Assembly (NCBI RefSeq): GCF_001194135.2
Contig: NC_068995.1
Span: 5,721,693-5,785,692 of the forward strand
Source: Octopus bimaculoides
Taxonomy: Eukaryota
Direction of reading: 5' to 3'
DNA: 64,000 nt
This document shows, piece by piece, positions 36,140-49,275 of this stretch. Positions within the stretch are counted from its first letter, which is position 1. Each line of letters begins with the position of its first letter. The position numbers and the translations under genes were made by a program. The notes beneath the pieces were generated by a model. The model saw only the letters and a program-made list of their open reading frames with translations, had not been told where the DNA came from and did not search any database.

Positions 36140-36620
36140 TGTAGTAATTTCAAATTTTCACACAAGGTCAGGAATGTCGAGGAAGGAAGTCGATTACACG
36201 AACCCCAATTTTCAACGAGTACTTTATTTTATCGACCCTGAAGGGATGAAAGTCGATCCGGTTACATTTGAGATCATAGCGTAGACAAACGAGATGCCTC
36301 TAAGCTTTTTGCTCGGTGTGTTGATTTAAGAGAAAAAGACACCAGTTTCGAGACGAATGTATTAAAACTATGGACTAGAATATTAGACTTGTACTTTATC
36401 TTATCAACACCGGAAAGAGTAAAGCAAAATTGTTCTTGGCGAGATTTGAACTCCGATCACGAAGAGCAAAAAGAAATGCCACAAAACCTTTTTTCCGACT
36501 CTAACGAATTTTCCTTTCACTGCCTTAATAATTTCTAACGGTGGCAGAAGACTAGAAATTTCGATGAGTGGAACAGTCGATTAAATGCAACCCACTATTT
36601 GACTGGAACTTGTCTTATGT
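36140..36620 (-). mobile_element. Three tandem old SINE-B copies
   Basis: Repeated ttttatcgaccctgaagggatgaaag, ttatcaacaccggaaagagtaaagc and gtcgattaaatgcaaccc bodies. Confidence 0.65.
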
Positions 36621-36783
36621 GCGACATAGCTTCAGTAAGTGGTTAATTAGAATCATCAACGCTAAAATTCACCAATGTCACATATGAAGTTAGTTGGAAC
36701 CCTAGAGAGATTTCTACTGTTTTCCAAAGACTCAGTTCACCAAATATGAAAAATGTTCCAGTAGCTGTGAGCGATCTCATATA

Positions 36784-37645
36784 CTGGGTATTCGGGTCGA
36801 ATTTGTCAGTTTGCATAGAAAGAAAAGAAAACAATATTCCATCTAGAAATAAGAGTATTCTAAATGTTCAGAAAATATTAACAACGAGATTATGACTGGG
36901 AGATAACCGTCTACTCAAAGTAGCCGTATTTAGCTTCGACTATGGCTTCCATATGGCTCCAGGATCCGGCGCACTATGTCTCTGAGGAGATCTTGGAAAA
37001 CAACTTTGATTTTGATCGCCAGCTCGACTTTGATGTTGAAGGCAGTGTAGCTGGTGTCTTTCTCAATCGTAACCCACACATCGTGATCCATAGCGTTAAG
37101 GTAAAGACCCCTTTTCGTCATGAATGACCATGGGATTGCACCTAGAAAGTTCTCCTCCGAGACACTAGTCCGGGTGAGGTTGTTTGTGGAAGACCCACTG
37201 TCGCCCATGTATACCAGTGTCCCCTCTCCATGCCACCGATGTTATACAAGAGAAAGACAAAGGTCGATACAGTTTGACACCAGTGAAGTCGCAACTCATT
37301 TCTACAGATAAGTGAACTGGAGCAACGTGAAATAAAATGACTTGCTCAAGAATACAATATAGAGTTCGGCCCAGGAATTGAACTCACTATATCATTACGG
37401 TGAGCCCAACGCTCTAAAAAATGGGGGGTGGGATTAGGAGGATAGATATTAGGGATGATGAAGTCGTAGAAATCCTCTGACTACCACCTCTGACTCTTTT
37501 TACAGCTATGAACCAGGGAAAATCTTGCTGCCACACATGACCACCAGGCAACAATCCTCTCCAGCGAGGGATTGATCACAATCTCCAGCAGCTTCATATA
37601 TCTGTCTGAAATAAGCCTAAGGCCCTGTTCGAAGATGTCAGTATG
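36784..37645 (-). mobile_element. DD37D (maT-like) Tc1/mariner relic interrupted by SINE-E
   Basis: Minus strand: IFEQGLRLISDRYMKLLEIVINPSLERIVA..WQQD..SQRW*SEDFYDFIIPNIYPPN [SINE] LNAMDHDVWVTIEKDTSYTAFNIKVELAIKIKVVFQDLLRDIVRR..EAIVEAKYGYFE* (stop at 36911-36913). Spacing from the QQD to the NAMD aspartate is about 37 residues once a frameshift is allowed. TA plus ctgggta TIR-like end at 36782-36810. Confidence 0.85.
37108..37417 (-). mobile_element. SINE-E (CORE-type) inserted in the maT relic
   Basis: Reverse complement aligns with 32402-32702. Confidence 0.9.
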
Positions 37646-37689
37646 AATCCAGGTGTGCGTATGCAGTCAAAACACCTTCTCTCCCTTCC

Positions 37690-37830
37690 TGCTGGCCACC
37701 ACTTCCTAGTCTCCGTTGCAACTGCTCATGTCACATCATTATAGGCTTTACAGTATTCACAGATCATGGAGCATTAGACATGGTCTGGACATTTCGATAC
37801 CCGACGCGAATCATCATTGTACAGTTAACA
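37690..37830 (-). mobile_element. Possible RTE endonuclease (APE) N-terminal relic
   Basis: IRVGYRNVQTM and AVATETRKW resemble RIGTWNVRTM and GISETRW. The match is weak. Confidence 0.28.
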
Positions 37831-38555
37831 CTTTTCTAATATTCAAATGGCTTCCAGTCTTCCATGTCAGCTAATTTTTTCTCAGTCTCAACATTAATCT
37901 TTATGTTCTCCAGAGTGGTTGGCTGGTCACCCATTCATCAAGCTATTATTGAGAAAAAGTAAAGAAAAATATGAAATTTAGCTCAAAACTCTGTCAATAA
38001 CGACGCTAAATTTCAGTAATGCTCGGTAAGAAAACAGCTGCTAGAAATAAGTAGTCTCTGCTACAGACATTGACACACCAGCTCACCAAATAATAAAGTA
38101 GTACTATTCAGTTACGCAGAAAACTGTAGTAGAAACAGCGACGCTATAGTTCAAGAATGTAAGATAAGATAATATTTCCAACGAATGGCAGACATCGGCA
38201 AGCTAAAAAGGAAGAAGTTCATATTCGGCTAAAACAATCGCTGTAGAGTATACATTATTTAAATGAATATACGGTATACACTTTGGAGATAAATAGTTGG
38301 ATTCGTGTAATTACATCTCTGCACGAAAAGAATTATTCATTTGGCCTCCGTAGACTGACACTTAATTTACATATTGAAGTCTTTCTCACGCGGTTCAATA
38401 AGTTCGGAGAGAGATTTGTCTGTGCGAGAATTATCGATTATTTCTTTGATATACATACATACATACATACACACATACACGCACACACACACACGTATAT
38501 ATAAATATATATATGACGCGCACATAATAAAAACATACATATGTATGATTACTCA

Positions 38556-38589
<34 letters not shown>

Positions 38590-38612
38590 ACACACTCATA
38601 TATATACATATG

Positions 38613-38669
<57 letters not shown>

Positions 38670-38760
38670 GAGTGTGTGTGTGTGTATGTACATCTTTATT
38701 CTATCTTTTGCGAGTTTCAACCAGAGGCTGAGGCCATGCTGGTGCACCGCCTTTACTGCA

Positions 38761-38915
38761 TCCGGGGATTTTTCCAGTATTGCTGTTCTTTGTGCCCCCT
38801 GCCACGATGCGGGATCATCCGGTATTGCAGATAAAAAAAAACTGCCTACATGTTCTTTGAAGACTTCATTGTGTTGTACACCTCGCATATCTCTGATGTT
38901 CTGTGGTGGGGCAAT
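38761..38915 (-). mobile_element. CR1/L2-group LINE ORF2 C-terminal end, with an adjacent SINE-A tail at about 38700-38760
   Basis: PQNIRDMRGVQHNEVFKEHVGSFFLSAIPDDP resembles the LPxxIRxxxxxxxFKxxLDxFLxxVPDEP terminus of such LINEs. Confidence 0.6.
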
Positions 38916-38953
38916 AAAATGTATAAAATATGTATAATATATATATATAGATA

Positions 38954-39009
<56 letters not shown>

Positions 39010-39204
39010 CATATACACACACACACATACACACACACACTCACACACTCACACACATATAGATATGTAAATGTGTGGGTGTGTGTGGCGGGGCTCTTTG
39101 TGGATGTGCTGTTGCATAGTTGTATCTTTTTTTACTTGCTTCAGTCAACGAGGAAAACCTCTCTGCATATATTTTTAATTCTTTAAGTTATTTTGTCTCT
39201 TTTA

Positions 39205-39410
39205 CTGAGCCGCCGCTGCACGTCTGGGACGTAAAGAAACCATTCCCGGTTGTCAGGCTCTGGTCGCCGTAGGGGGAGCGATAATAATACGCACACACGC
39301 ACATAGGTGCGATGGGCTTCTACTCAGTTTCCCGCTACTAAATTCTACTCCCACAGCATTGGTCGACCCGGAGCTATAGTTAAAATCACTTGCCCAAGAA
39401 GCAGCGCATG
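39205..39410 (-). mobile_element. SINE-A, old partial copy
   Basis: cgatgggcttctactcagtttcc...ggtcgacccggagctatagttaaaatcacttgcccaag. Confidence 0.75.
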
Positions 39411-40100
39411 TATATATGTATGTGAGTATGGCAACACACACTTACACACACACACACACAGACACACACATACACACACACATACACACACACACAAACA
39501 AAAACACACGTATCTATTAACGTACAAAGATATTAGCATTAGTGCATGATTGAAAGTGGTTTATTAATTACCTAAAATAAACATAATCACAGGAATTGAC
39601 TAAATTTCCATCAATTACTTTGAAAAGATGCTGCCAAGAGCAGTTTGTTCTGAAATGTTGATTCCTACAGAATTCTTAGATCCAAATCTTCCTCAAGATT
39701 GTCCAATTTGAGCTTCGGAAAAATTCACAAACTGAAGCCAAAAAGTATTGAAAGAAAAATAAATGTTTCTCTTGTTTGTATAATTTTTTATGGTAAATTG
39801 CTATTTTACCAAAATAGTATACTATTTTGCATAATTACCGTAAACTAATTAATTTTCTAATCAATGAACTTTTCCAATGTCTTTGGTAATGCTAGGACAT
39901 ATAAATATTCTTGGTTTGTGTGTCATGAGATATAAAGGGGGAAATTCGTCAAAAGTTATTAAAACCCATGGATGTCTGGTAAAGATGGCATACTTTCTCA
40001 ATTTCTGGTTACACAGGTTGAAAACTGTTCTCTCCATTTTGTGTATATGTATGTTTGTGTGTGTGCGTGATATTTTCGTTTACATAAGTTGAAATGTAAT

Positions 40101-40560
40101 ATGTCGGATTTCTCAAAAATCACAAGTACTTGAGGCGCGGATGGCTAGTGTTTCAGCCACAAAACCTGCTGAATTGTTTAATGTTTTAGAGAGATCCAAT
40201 CTCTAAAACCATGTTGGAATTTCAAAGTTAAGTTAAAAACCAACTTTGGACAAGCAGGATCCTGGCTGGAAGGCAAAACTCGGAGAGAGAGTCCATAGAG
40301 TAAGAGAACGTATTGTGTCTAAAAACCATAGAAATATGGCAACAAAATGCGACATCTGATCTAAACAACCGTCTTGTTGAAGCTGTGTCGACGAAAATAA
40401 TTCGTCGTGAGCTCCTTAAGGCTAGATACCATGGAAAGGTTACAATTACTAAACCTATTCTGACCCTTATAAATGTTGATAAGCAAAAAATGGTGCCTAA
40501 AATATATCAGCAGGCAATGGACGAAGTGTTGCATAGCACTGAATCCACTTTTGAAACGCA
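40101..40560 (+). mobile_element. Tc1-like transposase N-terminal relic (to the first catalytic D)
   Basis: ARMASVSATKPAELFNV; ORF 40313..40585 gives TSDLNNRLVEAVSTKIIRRELLKARYHGKVTITKPIL and EVLHSTESTF (cf. VIFSDESSF). Confidence 0.82.
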
Positions 40561-41826
40561 ATCAGCTATAAAACTAGTGGTATAGCAGAAGCTGAGACGA
40601 CTAGAAACTGACTGCACCTATACAACTTAACCTTTCTCTAGGGAGAAGTTCTAACGGGAACTATGAGTCCTTCAGTCCAGGTGGATCCCATGCTAGTTAA
40701 CCCATAACTGAAACACTCTCAAGTTGTACAACTCAGGGTCAGAATCGACCTGAAAACAATAGTGGCTAAGTGGTGATTCTATCCTCTTCAAAAACCTGAC
40801 ACTTCCGTGCACGAGATCCATCACCGTTTGAAGGATGAAGTCATACCCAAGACATACATACATACATACATACATACATTCATATTTACAGATACCTATG
40901 TGTGTTAATGCTTACGTGTGTTTTTGCGACGCGTAGATGCGATGACTAAAATAGTTTGCGCTATCTATTAGATTCGTTGGTTTCGTTACATTTATCTGGT
41001 ATTAATTAACCAATAATGTTATTACAGTTGAATGTTCACCAACGTTGCCGGAAACAGCTGATTAAAAAAAAATAAAGTAATATACTAGAACCTACCACAA
41101 CCATTCGTTCTAGAAGAATAAAACGTGCTAATACACTCCGAAACATTTGCTTTATATTAAAATCTACGAGGTACATCGTGGTACACAAAGAATACAGAAT
41201 CCAGACAAAGCTACACTGCATCGTTGCAATTAAATTCCTTCGTCAACTTGAATAACCCACTATATATATATTCTCTTATAAATCTCTCTAAACATCATTG
41301 TGGTTTCCACACACCTACATACTGATAAAAACAAACAACAGGTAACTATCTTCCTTTCTTCATTGGAAAATCAACAAAGCAACCTCAAAAACAACAACAA
41401 AAAAATAGTTTCTAATTTCTTATGCATCAGCTGTAGAGAAAGAATTACAACCAAAATGCCAAAATGCCAAAATGCCAAAATTACAACCAAAATGCCACAA
41501 TCCCCAGCGTAGTTAATACAACAAAATATTTATAGACGCTTAAAAAATAAACATGTTCCAGAAGACCAGAGGAAAACACGAACAAAAAGTTAACTCTAAT
41601 TACGTAAATGAAATAAACCAGTCTAATAAAGTAGGAGGGACAACGAGAAATACATCAACACCACAATCAATTGAAATAGAACATGGCCGCTAGCAACTTC
41701 ACCGAGAAAAACTAAAACAAAAGCGGCAAAACTGGCAAACATTTGTTTCCAGCAGAAACTACAAAAGATTGTGTAAAACATTATATAAAGTAATTAGCAC
41801 CATCAACATCATCATGAACAACAACA

Positions 41827-41885
<59 letters not shown>

Positions 41886-43009
41886 AACGACAACTACAGT
41901 GGTTTCATTGCTTCAACTACAACATAACGGTGAAACCTCAAGAACTTCATGTGAACTGCAAGAAATATAATTCAGCTTTCCTAAAATTGCATCAGACTAT
42001 ATTAAAAAATGTTGTACACGCGGATAATATAGCCTTAGAATGACGGGTGACCTTGAACGGAAAGGTTTTTGTCATCATTCAGCTTATAAATATACAGTCT
42101 GTATTAAGCTACAGTAAATATAACTTCAAATAATATACCCCCCCCCCCGAGTTCATTGCAGAGACTAACCAACCTCTACATAAACAGAGTAACCCAAAAT
42201 ACTTATTTAGATGTCCATGTAAACTACAAAACTGACCCCTTCAAGAGGATCTTTTATAGTCTCTGACCCTGCTACAAGTAAAAGCCAAATACGTATCACA
42301 TCATAATCTATTGTCTTGAAAAGATATTGGATAATGTAGTCATAGATATCTCTAGAACATATGGGATAGCCACGGATGGAATGCCTATGATCATAGTTCT
42401 TCTGCATTAGAAATGTCCTGGGGACAAACAGCGACAATAATCTGACTTCTTTCTCTCTATTTTTTTCGTAGCTCCTACAGAGTGGCACGGACCGACCGAA
42501 AGCCAAACGTAATTCACCTAATACTTCTATAACGCCCAGGATTCTTCCTCTCACAAATTTCTCCGATATCTCATGTCAAGGGTCTACGAAGAAGACTTCT
42601 TCAAATCCGAGTAATAACAGCCAACTCTCCCTCAAATCACAGTTTGTGAATTAGGGAAAGACCCACATGATATTTCAGTCTAAGTTACCTTTTCAGTCGC
42701 CGGTGAAGTTATGGCCGGAATGCTTTCACCAACATGGCAGATGCCTGATGTCTGAAAATTTAGTAAAATTATAACAATTTTTAAATCTATTATCAGTAGG
42801 TGGATTTAGTCTGTTGTACTAAGTGTTATTAACGGCGATGTTAATGGCGAGACAGCAGAGCTGTCGGCAAAAGGATTCGAGCTGCGGTCCGGTGTATCGA
42901 CAGTATTCACTTTTTCGTTCACTTTTACTCTCCCGACAGTAAGTTCAATCAAGTACTACTTCTTCACTCCAGCTTTCCTCACACACATATACGCATACAG
43001 GCAGAGAAT

Positions 43010-43051
<42 letters not shown>

Positions 43052-44694
43052 NNNNNNNNNNNNNNNNNNNNNNNNNNNNNNNNNNNNNNNNNNNNNNNNN
43101 NNNNNNNNNNNNNNNNNNNNNNNNNNNNNNNNNNNNNNNNNNNNNNNNNNNNNNNNNNNNNNNNNNNNNNNNNNNNNNNNNNNNNNNNNNNNNNNNNNNN
43201 NNNNNNNNNNNNNNNNNNNNNNNNNNNNNNNNNNNNNNNNNNNNNNNNNNNNNNNNNNNNNNNNAAAAAAAAAAAAAAAAAAAAAAAAAAAACGAAAAAA
43301 AAAAACGAATTCTGTCTGTGAATTGCAGAGATAAAAGAACAAGCAAACGTATTGAACATACAAACGTGCAGAGGCACACTCGAACACACTTACAAATACA
43401 CACAGAAAATCATTCAGTAAAATGCAATGCAAATCTACCCAAATCAACTAATCCCTATCTCTTGTCTACGGTTTAGACTTTTCTTGATCCTAAACCGCAT
43501 CTGAGTAAAACAGAGGCTGGTTAAATGTTTGTGATAATTCCAAAACCACCATATTGCCCATCTTCTTACCAAAGAATTCTTTCCACTTCGATCAACAATT
43601 TTCTGTTCAAAGTTTCACATGATTGCCAGAGATTTGTTTGGTGCTAAAGTTAATGTCTATAGCAGACATATAGAGAAAGAGAGGAGAGAGAGAGGAAGAC
43701 ATGAGAGAGAGAGAGTGTGGGGTAGATCTCCAAGATGATTTTCATAGAGATTACATTGATATTGTCTAGGTAAAAATTCGATAAAGGATGTAAGTGGATT
43801 AAGTTACAGATTAATTGTTAAGCGTCTAATGCAGGATCGCTAATCCGTTCGGTAAAGTATTGTAGATTTGTCGTTTCTGTTTTCAGTGCGTTCGTGTCTG
43901 TGTTTTTTACATTTATTTTTCGATTTTGTAGGAAGGTGCCTTTCTTTTATCTTTGGCTTTACTTGATTCTCTCTGACAAAATTATTGCTCTTAGGAAGGA
44001 TAAAACGGAAAGAAATGGCTGAAACTGAAGGTCTGGCGCACTGAAATGACTAATATAACCAAGTTTGTCTCTTCACTGATTCGTGTTCAAATCTCTTTCT
44101 ATCCCTCTTTGGCTTCAAATAATAGAATATTAACACAACACATCAATAAGCATTTATGGTCAGATATCGATTAAAATGGCTGTATACCTATTTCATTTGT
44201 GCTCGATCTAAAAAAAAGGTATCTAGAAATAGTAACCGAATTTGCCTCAATCCACATAATCATGTTAAAAGAAAACAACATATTAAATAGTTGAATGTAC
44301 GATACGTGATGCCAAAACAAGAATAACAGAAATAATGACATTAGAGAGAGTCGTGCAGGAAGATGTTTTTTATTATAGGACGGTTACGTTGGAACTGACA
44401 GGATTAACAGCAACAGTAACAACTGTTTATTTGTACTAATGTACCACCATCACCACCATCACCACCACCACCATCTCTTCGTCTTATTTTTCTTCTGTTT
44501 CTCCTCTTAATTATATGGCAGTTATAGGGCTGTATAGGGCTCTCAGAAGTATTGTGTTCAAATGTGCCCGAAGGCATACTTAAAATTAAATCTCTTTCGT
44601 AGTGGGGTCGACACTATCAAATTAAATCTCACCTCACGATACCTGTTCTTGTACCTATGTTTGAAATTAATAACATTATTACTGTACTGGCTAA

Positions 44695-44890
44695 AGGTAA
44701 TTGGTAGGCAGAATCCTTAGAGCGTAGAACACAATGCCTCGCAGTTTCTCTTTTGGCTTTTCACGTTCTGGGTTCAACTTTGCCTCTCATAGCTCCCAGA
44801 TAGCTAAGTACCAGTCACGTACTGGAGTCATTGGTATTTACTGACACTAATTCCCTTCCCTCAAAATTGCTGGACTATTACCAAACAATT
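44695..44890 (+). mobile_element. SINE-B, old copy
   Basis: ggcagaatccttagagcg...cacgttctgggttcaactttgcctctc...taagtaccagtcacgtactggagtc. Confidence 0.7.
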
Positions 44891-45637
44891 ATTTCTGTCA
44901 TGAGTGATGCAACTGGAAAATGATAGTCGTAATAACTCCCAATACTTTAGTTACCTTTATGCTCTGAGTTAAAATCACAACAAGCTTAACTTTACACTTA
45001 ATCTCACCAAGATCGATATTTAAAATTTATAGTCGTTACTGGTGTCCTTTTATTTTTTTTTTCCAAGTCATCACTGCTCGAGCAGACCTAAGGTGTTATC
45101 CGAGGTGTTTAGAGATTTATATTGGAATATATACCATTTCTCAAGGCAGCAGGTGGAGATGATTCCAAGGAAAATTAACTGGTGTTTCAAGCAGATCTAT
45201 CAACAATGTCATATTCCTGTTTGACTGGTTTACAGTAGCTGCTGAATATTAAGGTCGCTGTTGCTTAGAATCTATGGTAACCATGTGCAAAAAGCTACAG
45301 TTTCTAAATCTGGAGTTTTTGCAGGTGGTTAATTGAATCAAAGAGTTGGACGAAACTTGGGCATATGTTTCCAAGTTTTATGATTTCAATATTTAGGTTT
45401 GGCATATTGATGACAAATGATGTCGCTGTTCGGTAAATCAGAAGTCACAGAAACTTGCTTGATTCCTAAAATACTTTCTCATATTTATCTTACGCTCAAC
45501 ACGAAATTATCGTGGCTACTTATCTTTTGTAAACAGATATCCAGATATCTATCAATATCTCCGGTATTATTGCACTTACGAACATACAATGTATTAATGA
45601 GAACTTTTATGTTTTCGCATGAGAAAATATTAGTAAC

Positions 45638-45671
<34 letters not shown>

Positions 45672-45825
45672 NNNNNNNNNNNNNNNNNNNNNNNNNNNNN
45701 NNNNNNNNNNNNTATATATATACACACACACACAACCACGCATATAGGTGTCTGTATGTATATCAGTTATAAGCATACACGTACATATGTGTATACATGG
45801 ACACACAGAGATACTGACGCACAAT

Positions 45826-45878
<53 letters not shown>

Positions 45879-46414
45879 TTATCTATCCGTCCATCTGTCC
45901 ATCAATCTGCCAATATACCATTCTTTAGTCTGTCCAAATACGTCTCCAATTTCAATGATAGCAACACACTGACTTCCGGTAGTATGTAATTCAACCAAAT
46001 ATTTTCTGGAGGACAGTGAATTATGGAATTAAGATAATTGATTCTGTGTCTTTTGTTATATGTCATTTCGGTGAAGTTCTACTGCATTTAACATCGTTAA
46101 CAATTGTTGTTCATGTGCATGTTACTGATGTTGTTGTCACTACTTTTGGTGTTGTTGTTTATTGGTGATGGGGTTGTCGCTGGTGGTGGTAACGATGGTA
46201 ATGATCTCGTTATTGATGGTGATGGTGATGGTGGTGTTGTTGTTATTGAAATCTTTACATCGAAGATAATATGCAAAAATGCTTATGAATATGATTAATT
46301 ACGGGGAGAAATTAAGCTTTCACAATATTTATTACATAATGCGTCAGTGCATTTGGCACATACACGCGCGCATGAATATGCGTATTTCACAGTGCTTGTA
46401 TGTATGTATAAAAG

Positions 46415-46446
<32 letters not shown>

Positions 46447-47169
46447 CATATGTTTACATACATATATTTACAGAGAAAATAGAGAGAAAATGAGGAAAAG
46501 GGTGAATGGTGTGTGCAGAGTGATGTAGACAGCTAAATACTTATTACATATTATTTATGCATTGGCAGCATCATATCCGTTGTTAGCCACGCGCATGTAC
46601 ACAAGAATACACGCATACACACACTTGTAGAGAGTCTCGTAGTCATAGCTGCATTTAACAAATCTTATTTATAATTTACTCTTTACGTTTAAAATGTATC
46701 AACTTTATACATGCATAAATGCATACCTCACACACACATACACGCACACACACACAACACACACACAACACACACATATGACAGCATCAGCGCCAAGCAA
46801 TGATGGAGGAATAAACGAACCTTTGTTTACTTAAAATATGTTTGTGACATGTCTTAATCTCTAAAGGCAAAATTTACTGTAGAAAAGTTTCTCTCTGATG
46901 GTAAAAAGTGTGAAAAAATACCATATCTGCTCATTGCTTGCCCCTATCGGATTTTCAGACACCCGTTTCTGACTCTTTTGTCTTCCATTATAGGAAATAC
47001 CGCAAAGAGATAACCCTAGGCAGATTCAAAGTCGTAGATTTACCTAAAAGTCTGTCAACACCATTGACTGAGTGACGCTACTCGACCGCCTGGTGGCATA
47101 AATATAAAAACATCAGCACCAAACATCTACGAAGAATAGACGAACTTTAGTTTACATAAAATGTTTGTA

Positions 47170-47197
47170 ACCTATCTATCTATCTATCTATCTATAC

Positions 47198-47237
<40 letters not shown>
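47170..47237. repeat. (TATC)n tetranucleotide repeat (another at about 54132-54207)
   Basis: Direct read. Confidence 0.96.
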
Positions 47238-47239
<2 letters not shown>

Positions 47240-47488
47240 ATATATATATATATGTGTGTGCTTGTGTGTATGTCTCTATATATAGAGAGAAATGCATGCG
47301 TGTATGTATATGAAAAGAAGAAGGTTAAGGTGAAAAAGAAAAGGAAGAACAAGAACAAAGACGAGAAGATAAAGAATAAAAAGAATAAGAAGCAGAAGAA
47401 AAAGTAGTAATAGTAGTTGTAGTTTAATTGAAGATTCAAACGCTGTGACCGGTGACATTAGCACAAAAGTTCCCCGATTTTGTCAGAA

Positions 47489-48090
47489 TTGTATGAAACT
47501 GTTAAAATACATCAGAGAAGAGAAATGAATGGAAAAGTTCGAAAAGATTATGCAGCGAAGATGTAGACAATTGTATGCAATAGTGTGTTGAAAGTCAGAA
47601 ATGAGATTAAAGAAAGAGATACCTCATCTCTCCTCAGTAAATTGCATGTGAGCCTAATAAATTAGAAGTGAAGTGCAGAGTCGAGATAGCAATATTAGAA
47701 TACTGCTGACTACGCTAGAGAAGTAGAAGTGATAGGAAATATTTTCCATACATACACGGAGGTATGGCTCCTAATACATGTGCAGAGCATTTATAAAGTA
47801 TTGAATGTGATTCTTGGTACATTACTGAGGAACAATCGAAGCTAAATGAAATTTATATGATTTGGAAAATAGAAAATACTAAAAACAAAAACAAAAAGCA
47901 ACAACAAAACTTCATGTGTAGATTTACGAAAGTAATCGTTTACAAATCACTAAGTAATTACAGTGGTTGAGTGAAGGGTTAAATGAAGATAAAGCAACTA
48001 ATGAAAGCTTAACGAGAGATACAAATGAAATCGCAGCAAAATAGAGTTGTCAACCCGTTGAGAGGTAAAACTTTACATGGTCAGCTTTTG
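47489..48090 (+). mobile_element. Ancient R4/Dong-like non-LTR relic
   Basis: LYETVKIHQRREMNGKVRKDY..NEIKE, GGMA..WY and KTLHGQ echo ILEADxIKHxEMKEKIRKEY..NxIKAIN, GGRGL..GWY and KxLHGQF. Confidence 0.4.
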
Positions 48091-49089
48091 GGGCAAAGAG
48101 CAACTGAGTCAGTTTGAAGGTTAGTAATAGAAAGGGCTAGAAAAGATATGAGAAAACTGTAGCACACGGGACTCTCTGAGTGGCACACCTAACGAAACAT
48201 TACTTTCAAATATGGAGGAGCACGTCTTGTCCGGTGGTGAGCTATTTCTCATGGGACCCGCTCTTTCAAAAAAAGGTCGCCCGTGTCTGCTCCAGACTAA
48301 TTTTAAAACTCAAGATATATGAGTTGGCAGTATACTCACTTAATCAATTCGGCCATTTTATCATTAGAATCACAAAATAATGCAAAAAAAGACAAAAAGT
48401 GAAAGAAGCCGTCACATACACACAAGCAAATATACACACGCGTGTTTGAATTTAAATGATCAAAATCTACGCTCTGTCACCGGAGAGAAAAATTAGCAAT
48501 ATAAAAATTAGGTTCAAATTCAAGACTCCTTTCGGTAAAAATAATTTCCTAGAATACTTTTATCAGTTAATTCACGCGCATCCTCTCAACCCACCCTCTA
48601 CAAATTATAATTTCAAAAAATTCAAAAATGTGGACTTCTAGGAAATATAAAAAACATCTTCCCCCTTCGGACAAGTTCAATAAATTTTATTGTATAATGA
48701 AACAAGTCGTTCATCTTAAGCGCACACTATACAATTAGCATAAAGAAATAAACCTTCATATCATTTCTGGTTTCATGATTCCTGGAAATACAGATATCCA
48801 CACATAATTATTGGATCGTGTTGACAGTTGTAGCAATTGAGCAATACTCTCTCACTTCCATATCAAAATGAAAAATACACACTGTAAGAAGCCAACTGAT
48901 CTGTGAGGATGTCACATTTACGTGACCCTATGCCATTTTTCACACACTAACAAGATAATCAAAGTAAACTCCTGAGATACCAAAGTAAACCAACAGGAAA
49001 ACATAATTTTGAGAATCGTTGCATCAGTATAAACCTGTACAGAAATTACGCTTTCAGTGTTCGCCCCACCTGCCGCTGGATAACAGATG

Positions 49090-49275
49090 TGTGTGCGTGA
49101 TTAAGTCCCTTTAACTTAGCGGTTCGGTAAAAGATACAGAAGAAATACCGGGCTTTAAAAAAACAACAAAAACAAAAAACTAAGCCCTGGGGGTTGATTC
49201 ATGCAACTAAAAATACTTCAAGGCGGTGCTCGAGCATGGCCGCAACGTAATGACTGAAACAAGTGAAAAATAAAA
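49090..49275 (+). mobile_element. SINE-A 3' half
   Basis: taacttagcggttcggtaaaaga...aaggcggtgctcgagcatggccgcaacgtaatgactgaaacaagt. Confidence 0.85.

Noticed and set aside
40693-40860. YCFQVDSDP, like the Tc1/maT YVFQQDSAP motif
   Set aside because: A single short motif; the flanking residues do not align convincingly.
42207-42554. 115-aa minus-strand ORF
   Set aside because: No recognisable motif, and it runs through a short interspersed repeat (ggcattccatccgtggctatccc-type).
42697-42755. Exon-like segment after gttaccttttcAG reading xAGEVMAGMLSPTWQMPDV*
   Set aside because: Short, with no recognised homology and no partner exon; it cannot be separated from chance without RNA-seq.
46994-47075. 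Strong acceptor (tcttttgtcttccattatAG) followed by KYRKEITLGRFKVVDLPKSLSTPLTE*
   Set aside because: It looks like a terminal exon but has no recognised family and no supporting upstream exon.
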